64,000 nucleotides of DNA from an uncultured Mucilaginibacter sp. Its GTDB lineage: Bacteria > Bacteroidota > Bacteroidia > Sphingobacteriales > Sphingobacteriaceae. This document shows positions 48,992-59,111 of the stretch, piece after piece. The stretch covers positions 2,344 through 66,343 of the forward strand of contig CAIWRU010000018.1 in NCBI GenBank assembly GCA_903915155.1. The letters run 5' to 3'. The translations under genes and the position numbers were made by a program. The notes under the pieces were generated by a model. That model did not search any database, was not told the DNA's origin, and saw only the letters and a program-made list of their open reading frames with translations. How positions within the stretch are numbered: the first letter of the stretch is position 1; every line of letters starts with the position of its first letter.

Positions 48992-49162
48992 GTACTGCTA
49001 ATATCGTTAAAAAAGTGCTTTTTATACTTGATTTCCATCAGCTTAGTGTAACAATATTTATATAGATCGCCATATCTTTAATATTTATCACATAAAGTTA
49101 TAGGCTTATTAAAAAATGATTTAATTTCGATGCTGTAAGTTTTTTATTTTTTCCTAACGAAA

Positions 49163-49750
49163 ATGAAAGCTATTGAGAGGTATATGAGGCAATTAGTAGG
49201 GATGGTTATGCTGTTATGCTTTGCTGTACCAGTAATTGCCCAACCAAAAGCTGTCCGGCCAACAACCCAGCGCAAGGATTTTTACCAACTTGTAAAAGAG
49301 GCTAATCTTAATTTTACCTTCCCTACCGGCTTCCGCGAAATAAAAGCGGTCGATAACGAAGATTTCTCGTTCGACTATGCCATGGAAGTACCCGGCAAAA
49401 ACTTTGAGATGTGGCTGCAGGTACGCTCACAAAAACAAAACTGGATAAGCTATGAAAAGGCCAGCGGTGATAAAAGAACCGAGCTTGCCAACCCGGATTC
49501 GATGTATATTTATATGAGCAAGGCCACGGCAACCGCGCTATCGGGCGACAATAATTACCTGGTACGCAACATCCCGCCCGATGTGCTGGCACGTTACAAT
49601 GCCGATGCAGGCAAGTCGTATCTCCTGAACCTGCTCGATCTGCCTACAACAAAACATTATAAGTATGCATTGATTATATCGTTGCAAAAAAATCATACCG
49701 GCACGCTTATGGCCGTGTATTTTACCAACGATAAAGACGCCGACTTTTAA
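49163..49750 (+). CDS. Hypothetical exported protein, possibly truncated by an in-frame stop
   Basis: Signal peptide; the frame stays open for 18 more codons after TAA at 49748. Confidence 0.75.
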   Translation: MKAIERYMRQLVGMVMLLCFAVPVIAQPKAVRPTTQRKDFYQLVKEANLNFTFPTGFREIKAVDNEDFSFDYAMEVPGKNFEMWLQVRSQKQNWISYEKASGDKRTELANPDSMYIYMSKATATALSGDNNYLVRNIPPDVLARYNADAGKSYLLNLLDLPTTKHYKYALIISLQKNHTGTLMAVYFTNDKDADF

Positions 49751-49855
49751 AGGTATGTGTACCGCGCCGGGCACTGCATGAAATTTAAACCGCCAACAAC
49801 CGGATAATTGTTAATAAGTTGACATTATTCCGTTAGCATTTTGGCTTCATTATTC

Positions 49856-49863
49856 TATTTTTG
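49856..49863 (+). promoter_or_regulatory. Bacteroidota -7 box upstream of parE
   Basis: TATTTTTG matches TAnnTTTG; a TTTG lies upstream at about 49840. Confidence 0.45.
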
Positions 49864-49946
49864 CTGGTAAGGGGCATAACTCACCACTAACAATTTTTTG
49901 AATTTTTCTGTCCGACAGAAAAGCAGGTCGAGCGTGGCGACGACCA

Positions 49947-49981
49947 AAATACTTGCTACCTGATACTAAATACTTGATACT
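49947..49981. repeat. Five 7-bp units just before the parE start
   Basis: aaatact tgctacc tgatact aaatact tgatact. Confidence 0.75.
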
Positions 49982-49986
49982 AAAAA

Positions 49987-51879
49987 ATGGCTGAAGTAAA
50001 TTACGATGATGATAGTATACGGTCGTTAGACTGGAAAGAACATATCCGCCTGCGCCCCGGCATGTACATAGGCAAGCTTGGCGACGGATCGGCTTATGAC
50101 GATGGTGTGTACGTATTACTTAAGGAGATAGTGGATAACTCCATCGATGAGTTTGTGATGGGCTCGGGCCGCTCTATCGAAATAAACATGAGCGACCACA
50201 AGGTATCTGTGCGCGATTATGGTCGCGGCATACCGCTGGGCAAAGTGATAGATTGCGTTTCAAAAATAAATACCGGTGGTAAGTATGATAGCAAGGCTTT
50301 CCAAAAATCAGTGGGATTAAATGGTGTGGGTACAAAGGCGGTTAACGCACTGTCGAACAATTTCATCGTACAATCCTACCGTGACGGCCGCACCAAAATA
50401 GCCGAATTTGCCAAAGGCGAACTCATCCGCGACGAAGCCGAGAAGGAAACATCGCAACGCAACGGCACTGCCATAAACTTCATCCCCGATGATACCATCT
50501 TCCGCCACTACCGTTTTATACCGGAGTTTGTGGAGAATATGATATGGAACTATGTGTTCCTTAACTCGGGCCTTACCATCAACTTTAACAACCAAAAATA
50601 TTTTTCGGAGCGCGGTTTGTATGACCTGCTCACCAAAAACACCAACACCGAGCACCTCCGCTACCCCATCATCCACCTAAAAGGCGAGGATATTGAAATA
50701 GCCATGACCCACGGTCAGCAATACGGCGAGGAATACTATTCCTTCGTTAACGGTCAGCATACCACCCAGGGTGGTACCCACCAGGCCGCATTCCGCGAGG
50801 CCGTGGTAAAAACCATCCGCGAGTTTTATGATAAGGATTATGATGCTTCGGATATTCGCGCCTCGATAGTTGCTGCTATCGCGATAAAAGTACAGGAACC
50901 AGTGTTCGAATCGCAAACCAAAACTAAACTGGGTTCGCAAAATATAGGGCCGGAAGGGCCATCGGTACGTACATTTATCACCGATTTTATAAAACGTGAG
51001 CTGGATAACTACCTGCACAAAAACCCGTCGGTTGCCGATGCGCTGAAAGCCCGTATACTGCAATCGGAACGCGAGCGTAAGGATATTGCCGGTATAAAAA
51101 AGCTGGCCAACGAACGCGCCAAAAAAGCATCATTGCATAATCGCAAACTGCGCGATTGCAAGCTGCATTTTGAAGATACCCACGAGCGCAAACAAGATAC
51201 CACGCTATTCATCACGGAAGGTGATTCGGCCAGTGGCTCCATCACCAAATCGCGCGATGTACAAACCCAGGCAGTATTTAGTTTGAAGGGAAAACCACTC
51301 AACTGCTACGGGCTAACCAAAAAAGTGGTGTACGAGAACGAAGAATTTAACCTGCTGCAACATGCGCTGAATATTGAGGACGGCCTTGATGGCTTGCGCT
51401 ACAATAACATTGTAATAGCCACCGATGCCGATGTGGATGGTATGCACATCCGCCTGCTGCTCATGACCTTCTTTCTCCAGTTCTTCCCCGACCTGGTAAA
51501 GGCCGGCCATGTTTTCATCCTGCAAACACCGCTTTTCCGCGTGCGTAATAAAAAGGAAACCATTTATTGCTACAGCGATGAAGAGCGCCGCAACGCCATA
51601 GCCAAACTGGGCGTAAAACCCGAGATAACCCGCTTCAAAGGCCTCGGTGAAATATCACCCGAAGAATTCGGCCTGTTCATAGGCAAGGATATCCGCCTCG
51701 ACCCGGTAATACTGAAAGACGCTAACATTAAGGGCCTGCTCGAATATTATATGGGCAAAAACACCCCCGACCGCCAAAAACATATTGTTAACAATCTGCG
51801 GGTTGAAAAGGATGATGAAAGCATTAACCCATTGATTGCTGAAGACTTGGAAAGCGTGAGTTTGGATGTGGCGGTATAA
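49987..51879 (+). CDS. parE: DNA topoisomerase IV subunit B
   Basis: [48 protein letters not shown]; 630 aa. Confidence 0.93.
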   Translation: MAEVNYDDDSIRSLDWKEHIRLRPGMYIGKLGDGSAYDDGVYVLLKEIVDNSIDEFVMGSGRSIEINMSDHKVSVRDYGRGIPLGKVIDCVSKINTGGKYDSKAFQKSVGLNGVGTKAVNALSNNFIVQSYRDGRTKIAEFAKGELIRDEAEKETSQRNGTAINFIPDDTIFRHYRFIPEFVENMIWNYVFLNSGLTINFNNQKYFSERGLYDLLTKNTNTEHLRYPIIHLKGEDIEIAMTHGQQYGEEYYSFVNGQHTTQGGTHQAAFREAVVKTIREFYDKDYDASDIRASIVAAIAIKVQEPVFESQTKTKLGSQNIGPEGPSVRTFITDFIKRELDNYLHKNPSVADALKARILQSERERKDIAGIKKLANERAKKASLHNRKLRDCKLHFEDTHERKQDTTLFITEGDSASGSITKSRDVQTQAVFSLKGKPLNCYGLTKKVVYENEEFNLLQHALNIEDGLDGLRYNNIVIATDADVDGMHIRLLLMTFFLQFFPDLVKAGHVFILQTPLFRVRNKKETIYCYSDEERRNAIAKLGVKPEITRFKGLGEISPEEFGLFIGKDIRLDPVILKDANIKGLLEYYMGKNTPDRQKHIVNNLRVEKDDESINPLIAEDLESVSLDVAV

Positions 51880-51883
51880 GAGG

Positions 51884-52013
51884 AACCAGGATTTTTTAGA
51901 TTAAATGGATTTTCAGGATGCTGATGACTTACGAAGTTTTAAAAACTAAGTTTGTTTTTTACGTTCCATCCCGCCAAAAATTTTCATCCTGTAAATCCGT
52001 TAAATCTTAGTTC
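51884..52013. repeat. Inverted 9-mer-type repeats after parE
   Basis: agattaaatggattttcaggatg (51898-51920) vs catcctgtaaatccgttaaatct (51985-52007), 20/23 complementary. Confidence 0.7.
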
Positions 52014-52067
52014 TTATTTTAAAATTTCCCTATCTTGTATCCCCTTCTTTTATTTAGGGCAGATTAA

Positions 52068-52559
52068 ATGATAAACCACGAAATAAAAATAGCTTTCCAG
52101 GAATACGAAACATTAACCGAGCTTGACAAGCCCGATCAGCTTTTATGCCTTGATGCTGTAAAGGCAATGGCCAATTCACATTCACCTTATTCAAAATTTC
52201 GCGTGGGAGTAGCCATGCGGCTACAAAGCGGGAAGATATTATACGCCAGCAATCAGGAAAATGTAGCCTACCCATCGGGCCTGTGCGCCGAGCGTGTGGC
52301 ACTATTCAATTGGGGCGCAAACCATCCCGATGACCCGATCGAGACCATGGCCATAACTGCGCACACTGATGAGTTCGTTATCAATAAACCCATCACCTCA
52401 TGCGGAGCATGCCTGCAGGTGCTGGCCGAATACGAGAAAAAACTGGATCGGCAAATAAACATACTGCTCTACTGCCAAAACGGCCCCGTATGGAAGATCA
52501 AAGGCATACAAAATCAGCTGCCATTTTTATTTTATGAGGATAGGCTGATCATACAATAA
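52068..52559 (+). CDS. cdd: Cytidine deaminase
   Basis: SPYSKFRVG, NQENVAYPSGLCAERVA, SCGACLQ. Confidence 0.93.
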   Translation: MINHEIKIAFQEYETLTELDKPDQLLCLDAVKAMANSHSPYSKFRVGVAMRLQSGKILYASNQENVAYPSGLCAERVALFNWGANHPDDPIETMAITAHTDEFVINKPITSCGACLQVLAEYEKKLDRQINILLYCQNGPVWKIKGIQNQLPFLFYEDRLIIQ

Positions 52560-52563
52560 TAAA

Positions 52564-52893
52564 ATGGGAAAATACGCCAAATGGTTCCGTATTATTTTAA
52601 TTAGTGTTGGAGTAATAATAGTTATAAGTTTAAGCTATACAACCCATCTTGCAAATGTTAAAAATTTAGCTTATAATTTTAATGGAAGGGTGGGGTTCGT
52701 TTCTTATGACGAAAAAAGAGAAGCCACAGTTTTTATAAATGACACCGATTATTACCTATCATACCCAAATTGGGACTTTGACCATGACACAATAAAAGTG
52801 GGTGATTCAATGATTAAAAAAAGAGGTTCGTGGGTAATAAAACTTATTCATAGAAATGGACGGATAACTACAGAAGGCGATGAAAAGCCTTAA
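52564..52893 (+). CDS. Hypothetical AT-rich membrane-anchored protein
   Basis: Starts 4 nt after cdd; N-terminal TM; line 52621-52680 has 14/60 G+C. Confidence 0.65.
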   Translation: MGKYAKWFRIILISVGVIIVISLSYTTHLANVKNLAYNFNGRVGFVSYDEKREATVFINDTDYYLSYPNWDFDHDTIKVGDSMIKKRGSWVIKLIHRNGRITTEGDEKP

Positions 52894-52930
52894 TACTTCT
52901 TTCCCAATAAGCGTAAAGGCCAGCCCGCAT

Positions 52931-52953
52931 GCTTCGACAAGCTCCAGCATGAC
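52931..52953. repeat. Half copy of the palindromic repeat family seen at 42646
   Basis: gcttcgacaagctccagcatgac; its reverse complement resembles gtcatgctgag...cgaagc. Confidence 0.55.
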
Positions 52954-53016
52954 CCAACTCTATACGTTCTATAGCCAAACAAAAAAATATATTAACTTCG
53001 GGTAAAGTATAAATAA

Positions 53017-53421
53017 ATGAAAATCCTCTTTTTCCTTATGCTCATTTGCCTCGTGCCCTGCTGTTTAAAGGCACAGGATTCAACCCTCGGCAAAACAAAA
53101 GACCAGATCAGGGCCATGGTAAAGCCATATCCCGCCATCAAATTGTCGCCTGGCGATAATGCCGACACCCTTACCATGCAGGGCGACCTTAAAACAATTG
53201 TTTTTTATAAAAACAATGTTTGCTATGGCTCCGAAAGCATTTTGCCACTAAAGTTGATGGATATGGCAACCCAAAAAATGACCAAAGATGGTTACAAAAA
53301 GATTAAAGATAACGTATGGATAAGCCCCAGCGGTGTAATAAGGGTTGAGCTAACGGTTGATCAAAAAAACAACGTATTTGTTACAGAGACTACGCGCGCT
53401 GATTCAACTGGTCCCAATTAA
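53017..53421 (+). CDS. Hypothetical exported protein
   Basis: Signal peptide ending LKA-QD; 134 aa. Confidence 0.7.
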   Translation: MKILFFLMLICLVPCCLKAQDSTLGKTKDQIRAMVKPYPAIKLSPGDNADTLTMQGDLKTIVFYKNNVCYGSESILPLKLMDMATQKMTKDGYKKIKDNVWISPSGVIRVELTVDQKNNVFVTETTRADSTGPN

Positions 53422-53441
53422 AAACGGCTCGGTATAAGCCA

Positions 53442-53837
53442 CTATCCCCCATACTGCTCATCCGTCACATGCTCCATCCAATCAACCGGCGAGCCGTTAA
53501 GTTTTTCCTGGATGGCGATGTGGCTCATGGAGGTGGTGGCAGCGGCACCGTGCCAGTGCTTTTCACCGGGCGCAAAAAACACCACATCACCGGGGTGGAT
53601 CTCTTCTATATCACCACCATCGCGCTGCACCCTGCCACTGCCTACGGTAACAATAAGGGTTTGGCCAAGCGGGTGGGTATGCCACGCCGTGCGTGCGCCT
53701 GGCTCAAAAGTTACCAATGCCATAGCAACACGCGCCGGGTCGGGCGGGGTGAAAAGCGGGTCGATACGTACAGTACCGGTAAAATATTCTGCGGGGCCTT
53801 TTCCCGAAGGCTGCGAACCGCTGCGTTTAATTTCCAT
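53442..53837 (-). CDS. Cupin domain protein
   Basis: [26 protein letters not shown]. Confidence 0.92.
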   Translation of the reverse strand: MEIKRSGSQPSGKGPAEYFTGTVRIDPLFTPPDPARVAMALVTFEPGARTAWHTHPLGQTLIVTVGSGRVQRDGGDIEEIHPGDVVFFAPGEKHWHGAAATTSMSHIAIQEKLNGSPVDWMEHVTDEQYGG

Positions 53838-53940
53838 AAAATTTATTGTTAGATGATAACAGCGTGGTTAATTAATTGTTGTTGCTTAGTTTATATACGT
53901 GTTAAGCTTGACAGGATACTCATAACAAATTCTAATCAAT

Positions 53941-54084
53941 TATGTCATTTCGACGAGCCGGTTAAGGTTGTGCAAGAGGGGGTGAGGAGAAATCTTATAC
54001 ACTATGCACAGCGAACTTGCAGGCGTATAAGATTTCTCACCTGCCCTAAATCACGTCCCACCTCCGAAGGTTCGAAATGACATA
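53941..54084. repeat. MITE-like element with nested inverted repeats
   Basis: tatgtcatttcga / tcgaaatgacata (13 bp perfect) and gagaaatcttatac / gtataagatttctc (14 bp perfect). Confidence 0.8.
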
Positions 54085-54098
54085 CACTTAGGGTGAGG

Positions 54099-56672
54099 TT
54101 ACTTATTCCCCGTCGTATCCTTTTTAGCCGGACTCGCAGGCGGCAATTTTGGCGGTTGTATCGAATCCTTTTTCACACTCGAACCGGGTTTAAGCGCCGG
54201 TGCTTTTGAGGTGCTATCAGGCTTTCCTTTTACGCCCGGTAAGTTTTTAAGCGCGTTGGTAGTATCCTTCCCGGCAGTAATGCCCGGTGGTTTTTTAATG
54301 GTGCTATCTGCCGCGGCTTTTACATCAGTCGGCACCCTGCTTCCATTTTTGCCTGTGTACATTTTCTTTGCCCGTGGCTCGCCGGCGACCGGTGGTTTTA
54401 CTTTTTGGGTAGTATCAGGTTTTCTGTTATACGATGGCAGTACCGATTCTTTCGATACCGGCCTGTCCTTAGGTTTCCATATAAAACCCTTCAATATTTT
54501 TTCATCCTCTTTAACCTTATTAATAGGGGCGTATGAGTGGTCGTCCTTGGTTAAATAGGCCAGGTCGGTCACTTCATTGTTTTTCAATAGTAAGCGCATT
54601 CTGCTGGTTATGGAATGGTTCATATCCGTTACCTGGTGTGTGGTGCTGTCGCGCACAAAATATATACTCTCCACGTTGCCGTCAATAATCACCCGCCGTA
54701 ATTTGCTGTCCTTAAAAAAGCCCCGCATTTTTTTGCCCCCAACCTGGTTAAAATGCAGCGAATCCTCCTTTTCCACATTCACAATAAACGCGTTGGGAAA
54801 CATATCCATCTTGTCAAGCTTTTTATTTTTCAATATCAGGTTAATGGTATCGCCCGATAATTGCGAACCCTGCGTCCATACCATAGGTTTGGTATAACAT
54901 CGTATCGTCGAATCTCCATTACTGTAAAAAATCGAATCGGCTACGGCCTGCAGGTCTGATTTAAATATCTTGGCACTATGAAAGGCCATTATTATCCTCA
55001 CTCGTGCCGTATCTTTCAGCGGTACCGTTCGGTCTAAAAACGTCGAGTCTATCTTAATATTCTTTTTAACTTTCGCTACTAAAATATCCTTTTTCGGCTT
55101 TGCCGCCACAGGCTTTGGCTTGCCAAAATAATCCTGGTGCCAGTATGTGGTATCCTTCGGGAACTTGGGAGGCGTAAGCGTTAATTCTTTGGGCGATTTT
55201 TTATAAACGATGTGCTTCACCGCGTTTTTCGATGTATCTATCCTGTGTGTTAACTTGTCCTCAAGCTGTATGCTGTCCAGTTCCTTAACGGTCAGTATGC
55301 GCGTTTCAATAGTATCGGCACTCATATAAACCGAATCCTTTTTTATTTTGCTGGTATCCTTAAGACTTACGGGTTTATTGGGCGATAAAATCTCATTGGT
55401 ATCCAGCTTGCCCTTTTGCAGCCCTTTTGCAGCAGCCTTTAATTTGTTTAGGGTGTTTTTATCCAGTTTTTTACTCTGTGCCGATAGTATCTTCCCTGCC
55501 GAATCAACCGTCATGTTTTTAGGCAATTTTTTACTGAACGAATCTATCACCGGCATAGTTAACCCCTGTGCTGCCGCCGCGTTTTTCAACCGAGTACTTT
55601 TGCTGAATGAATCTATCACCGGCATCGTCAGCTTCCTGTTTGCCGAATCAATTAAACCTGTCTGCCCGGCTTGTCCCTTAACTGGTGGTTTTACTTTAGC
55701 GGTAACCGTTTGTTTTTTATCGTTCCCCTTACCCTTTTTTACAAGCGAAGGCATGGGCTTGTGTGCCGTATCTTTTTTGGTGGTGTCCTTATCTTCGGTA
55801 ACCATTATAACATAAGGGTCGCGGGTAACTATAGCCAGGTCGTTCTTTTTAAAATAGGTACCCAAACCGCCTTTAATAGTTACTTTTTGTTCGTTATCAT
55901 TAAATGTAACATGTTTTACCGCACGGCCAAAGCCTTTCAGCCGGTCATAATACAACGTATCGCCCACTAATGATTTTGTCCCCTGTTTGTATAAGTTATT
56001 TTTGTTGAACAGTGCTATTTCGGTTTTGGTGTCATACGTGCCGTTTTCGGTTAACAGCGTGTCTTTATCTTTGGTACCGCAAATGGTTGTAGGGCCGTAA
56101 AAGTAATTGATGCGCGTTTGCGAATTATAGCGCATGGTATCCGTATTTATAATCGCATCATTAGTGGTCGATACTACATTATACTTAAAATACGCATCGT
56201 GCGAGCCTGCAAAATAATAGCCGTTTTTGCTTGTCAGCGTATTGGTTTTGCTAACCAGCTTGCCGCCATTAGTGTAAGTGCCAATTTTGGTGGCTGTATT
56301 ATAGGTAAAAAAATTAGTGGTTAGGGTAGCATCCTTATCAACCATTTTAACATTGTCGGTTAAAATGGCTATTTTGGTGTTACCGTTATAGTTAAGCTTG
56401 TCCGAGTAAATGTTCAGCGTATCGCCCTGGTTTATGTTTACATGGCCAAAGGCGTCGCAGGCGTTTTGGGCCGAGTAAAAGTATACACTGTCCGACCGCA
56501 TACGCGTGGCATCCTGTGTCCATACGCCGTCATATACCTTAATAACATCTACGCCATTTATCTTAACGTGTTCGCTTCTGTTAGATGAAATCAAATTTAC
56601 CTTCGATTTTTTTTGGCACAATGCGGTGCCGCTTATCATCAGTAATAAAAAAATTATAACGTATTTACTCAC
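54099..56672 (-). CDS. OstA-like (LptA/LptD N-terminal domain) protein with long Lys-rich insertions
   Basis: Signal peptide; repeated beta-jellyroll (SDSVYFY, LYSDKL, GDTLYYD, ADSIFYS, QLSGDTI). Confidence 0.8.
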   Translation of the reverse strand: MSKYVIIFLLLMISGTALCQKKSKVNLISSNRSEHVKINGVDVIKVYDGVWTQDATRMRSDSVYFYSAQNACDAFGHVNINQGDTLNIYSDKLNYNGNTKIAILTDNVKMVDKDATLTTNFFTYNTATKIGTYTNGGKLVSKTNTLTSKNGYYFAGSHDAYFKYNVVSTTNDAIINTDTMRYNSQTRINYFYGPTTICGTKDKDTLLTENGTYDTKTEIALFNKNNLYKQGTKSLVGDTLYYDRLKGFGRAVKHVTFNDNEQKVTIKGGLGTYFKKNDLAIVTRDPYVIMVTEDKDTTKKDTAHKPMPSLVKKGKGNDKKQTVTAKVKPPVKGQAGQTGLIDSANRKLTMPVIDSFSKSTRLKNAAAAQGLTMPVIDSFSKKLPKNMTVDSAGKILSAQSKKLDKNTLNKLKAAAKGLQKGKLDTNEILSPNKPVSLKDTSKIKKDSVYMSADTIETRILTVKELDSIQLEDKLTHRIDTSKNAVKHIVYKKSPKELTLTPPKFPKDTTYWHQDYFGKPKPVAAKPKKDILVAKVKKNIKIDSTFLDRTVPLKDTARVRIIMAFHSAKIFKSDLQAVADSIFYSNGDSTIRCYTKPMVWTQGSQLSGDTINLILKNKKLDKMDMFPNAFIVNVEKEDSLHFNQVGGKKMRGFFKDSKLRRVIIDGNVESIYFVRDSTTHQVTDMNHSITSRMRLLLKNNEVTDLAYLTKDDHSYAPINKVKEDEKILKGFIWKPKDRPVSKESVLPSYNRKPDTTQKVKPPVAGEPRAKKMYTGKNGSRVPTDVKAAADSTIKKPPGITAGKDTTNALKNLPGVKGKPDSTSKAPALKPGSSVKKDSIQPPKLPPASPAKKDTTGNK

Positions 56673-56677
56673 AATGG

Positions 56678-56718
56678 CAAAATTAGTTTTTTGTTGGGGT
56701 TATTAAATTATAATTTTG
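56678..56718. promoter_or_regulatory. Back-to-back -7 boxes for the OstA-like gene and tilS
   Basis: TAATTTTG on minus (56685-56678) and on plus (56711-56718), 5 and 4 nt from the start codons. Confidence 0.55.
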
Positions 56719-56722
56719 ATGA

Positions 56723-58057
56723 ATGCTGCCGGTTAAACATTTTACTGCATTTATTCAACAAAATAACCTGTTCGCGCCCGGTAGCAAGATACTGGCTGCG
56801 GTTAGCGGGGGTATGGATTCGGTTTTAATGGCACATTTATTAAAGGCCGCCGGGTATGATCTTAGCATTGCTCATTGTAATTTCCAGTTGCGCGGTGCCG
56901 AAGCCATTGCCGACCAGGAATTTTGCCAGCATCTAGCTCAACAACTCAGGGTACAATTCCACACGGTTAACCTTGATACCACGGCTTATGCCGCCGAAAA
57001 AAAAATATCCATCCAAATGGCCGCCCGCGATCTGCGGTACCAATGGTTCGACCAGTTAAGGCAGCAATACAGTTATGATGCTATTGCGCTTGCGCATCAC
57101 CAAAACGATACTATTGAAACAATATTGTTAAACCTTACCCGCGGCACAGGTATTGCCGGGCTGCATGGCATATTACCCAAAAACGGTTACCTGGCGCGCC
57201 CGCTGCTTTTTCTAAACCGCGATGAGATACAGCACCTTATCCTACAAAATAAGTTAAGCTATGTTGAGGATAGTTCAAACTCGTCAACAAAATACGCCCG
57301 GAACAAAATACGCCACGAGGTTATCCCCAAACTAAAGGAGCTGAACCCGGCGCTTGAAAATACTTTTGAAAACAACCTGCGCCACTTCCGCGACCTGGAA
57401 ACATTGCTCGAACTGCGCCTGGATGAACTGAAAAAGGAATTATTTATTTATGCCGATAATGATATTCATTTATCAATTGCCGCCGCAAAACAATTAAACC
57501 CGCAACGCCTGCTGCTTTTTAAATTATTGCAGGAATATGGCTTTAATGAAAGTACGGTGGATGATATTATCGCATCGCTGCACAAGCATTCGGGCCGTAC
57601 TTTTGAAGGTGCTGGCTATGTACTGGTGCTTGATCGTGAGACACTCATCCTTAGTCCCACAAATGCACACCAATACAATGCCGTACAAATCAATGAATCC
57701 GTTCATGAGGCTACCTATGGCAACTATAAAATAACTTTATTGCATGATGACAGCCCGCTCATCATAAGGGATAACCCGCTGGCGGTAAGCATTGATACTG
57801 AATTATTGGTTTACCCGTTAACTATCCGGCCTTGGCAGCAAAGCGATACTTTTTACCCGCTGGGGATGAAAACAAAGCAAAAAATAAGCGATTTTTTTAT
57901 CCAGCAAAAACTGCCTGTCCACCAAAAGAAACAGGTGCCCTTGTTGATTAATGGTAACGGCGACATTATGTGGATAGCGGGCTATCGCTTGAGCGATAAG
58001 TACAAAGTGAGTAAAAACACTAAAAAAGTTACTATATTCGAACTGATAAAAACATGA
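56723..58057 (+). CDS. tilS: tRNA(Ile)-lysidine synthetase
   Basis: AVSGGMDS PP-loop, ARDLRY, LAHHQNDTIET, RPLL, RNKIRH. Confidence 0.96.
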   Translation: MLPVKHFTAFIQQNNLFAPGSKILAAVSGGMDSVLMAHLLKAAGYDLSIAHCNFQLRGAEAIADQEFCQHLAQQLRVQFHTVNLDTTAYAAEKKISIQMAARDLRYQWFDQLRQQYSYDAIALAHHQNDTIETILLNLTRGTGIAGLHGILPKNGYLARPLLFLNRDEIQHLILQNKLSYVEDSSNSSTKYARNKIRHEVIPKLKELNPALENTFENNLRHFRDLETLLELRLDELKKELFIYADNDIHLSIAAAKQLNPQRLLLFKLLQEYGFNESTVDDIIASLHKHSGRTFEGAGYVLVLDRETLILSPTNAHQYNAVQINESVHEATYGNYKITLLHDDSPLIIRDNPLAVSIDTELLVYPLTIRPWQQSDTFYPLGMKTKQKISDFFIQQKLPVHQKKQVPLLINGNGDIMWIAGYRLSDKYKVSKNTKKVTIFELIKT

Positions 58058-58539
58058 GTGATAAACCGGCTTATATTGAAAAGCAATACCTCGGCAGGGA
58101 ATTTATACCTTTGACTATACGCCTTGTGATGGCGATGTTTTGCTTTGCAGCTTATTTTTTTACCGATATAGGCAGTAATAACAACGATCTGCTGGCCGTG
58201 GTAGGGTTTGCCATTTTGGTTATTTCCATCATCATGGGCTTTTTGCTGCATTTTCGCACCCGGGTTATCAATAATAGCATTTTGCTTGATGGCCTGTGGA
58301 CAACCCGCCTGGTGAAAATAGACCTAAACAGCATTGTGAAAGTTGAAAAAGCCGAATACAGCCGGTACCTGTTCAATAACCCCGTTTATAACCTGCACAG
58401 CAAAGGAACCATCCGTTTTTATACCGGCGGCAAAAACGCCATCCATTTAACCGACCGCGACGGGCTGGTTTACATTATCGGTTCACAACACACCAATGAG
58501 TTTTTACGGGCCATACAAGGAGAAATGAATAATAAATAA
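58054..58539 (+). CDS. Conserved hypothetical membrane protein
   Basis: ATGA overlap with tilS; two TMs followed by a soluble domain. Confidence 0.8.
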   Translation: MSDKPAYIEKQYLGREFIPLTIRLVMAMFCFAAYFFTDIGSNNNDLLAVVGFAILVISIIMGFLLHFRTRVINNSILLDGLWTTRLVKIDLNSIVKVEKAEYSRYLFNNPVYNLHSKGTIRFYTGGKNAIHLTDRDGLVYIIGSQHTNEFLRAIQGEMNNK

Positions 58540-58566
58540 GTTCAGGAAGTAAATGGCTCCGTCGTG

Positions 58567-58773
58567 CTACATGCTCAAAAACATGATGAGCAGGAAAAGC
58601 GTTAAAAATGGCAATATTGTTAAAACTGCTCTTACAAAAAATATCAACCGGGGGTTCTTCTCAGCGTACTCGTATTTATGGTTAAAATTCTGTACGGTGT
58701 AATAGGATATAATAAAAGCTATAAATAAGCCAATAATTATCTCGTACACATTGCTCACTATATAATTTATCAC
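58567..58773 (-). CDS. Small two-TM hypothetical protein
   Basis: 68-aa ATG ORF with two hydrophobic segments. Confidence 0.5.
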   Translation of the reverse strand: MINYIVSNVYEIIIGLFIAFIISYYTVQNFNHKYEYAEKNPRLIFFVRAVLTILPFLTLFLLIMFLSM

Positions 58774-58885
58774 AGGCTAAAGAAGTATTTGCGGATGCAA
58801 GGTAATAAACTTCTAAAAATTAAAACGGAATAAAAGCCGAAAAACGGCGTAAAACATCACACGCTTTTTTTATGCTTATTTTAAG

Positions 58886-58966
58886 TAAGAGGGAACGATA
58901 ACAAATTTAATCCTGCTATCACCTATGTGTCGTAGGTTAAGCCCCACAGAAAGGTGAGGCTTTTTG
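58886..58966 (+). ncRNA. Candidate small RNA or cis-leader with three hairpins and a terminator
   Basis: Stems gataacaa/ctgctatc, acctat/gtaggt and aagcc-c-cac/gtg-a-ggctt followed by a T run; no ORF; no family recognised. Confidence 0.4.
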
Positions 58967-59111
58967 TTAGGTGCCCTGGCCCAAAACTGTTTGAAAATAG
59001 TACTTTATGCCCGCGCTAATATCGCCCCAATTTTTATTGTATTAAGGGAATGATAAAAAAACGCATTCAGTTTAAAATGTTTTTCGTTCTTATCCGTCTA
59101 TAATACTATAT

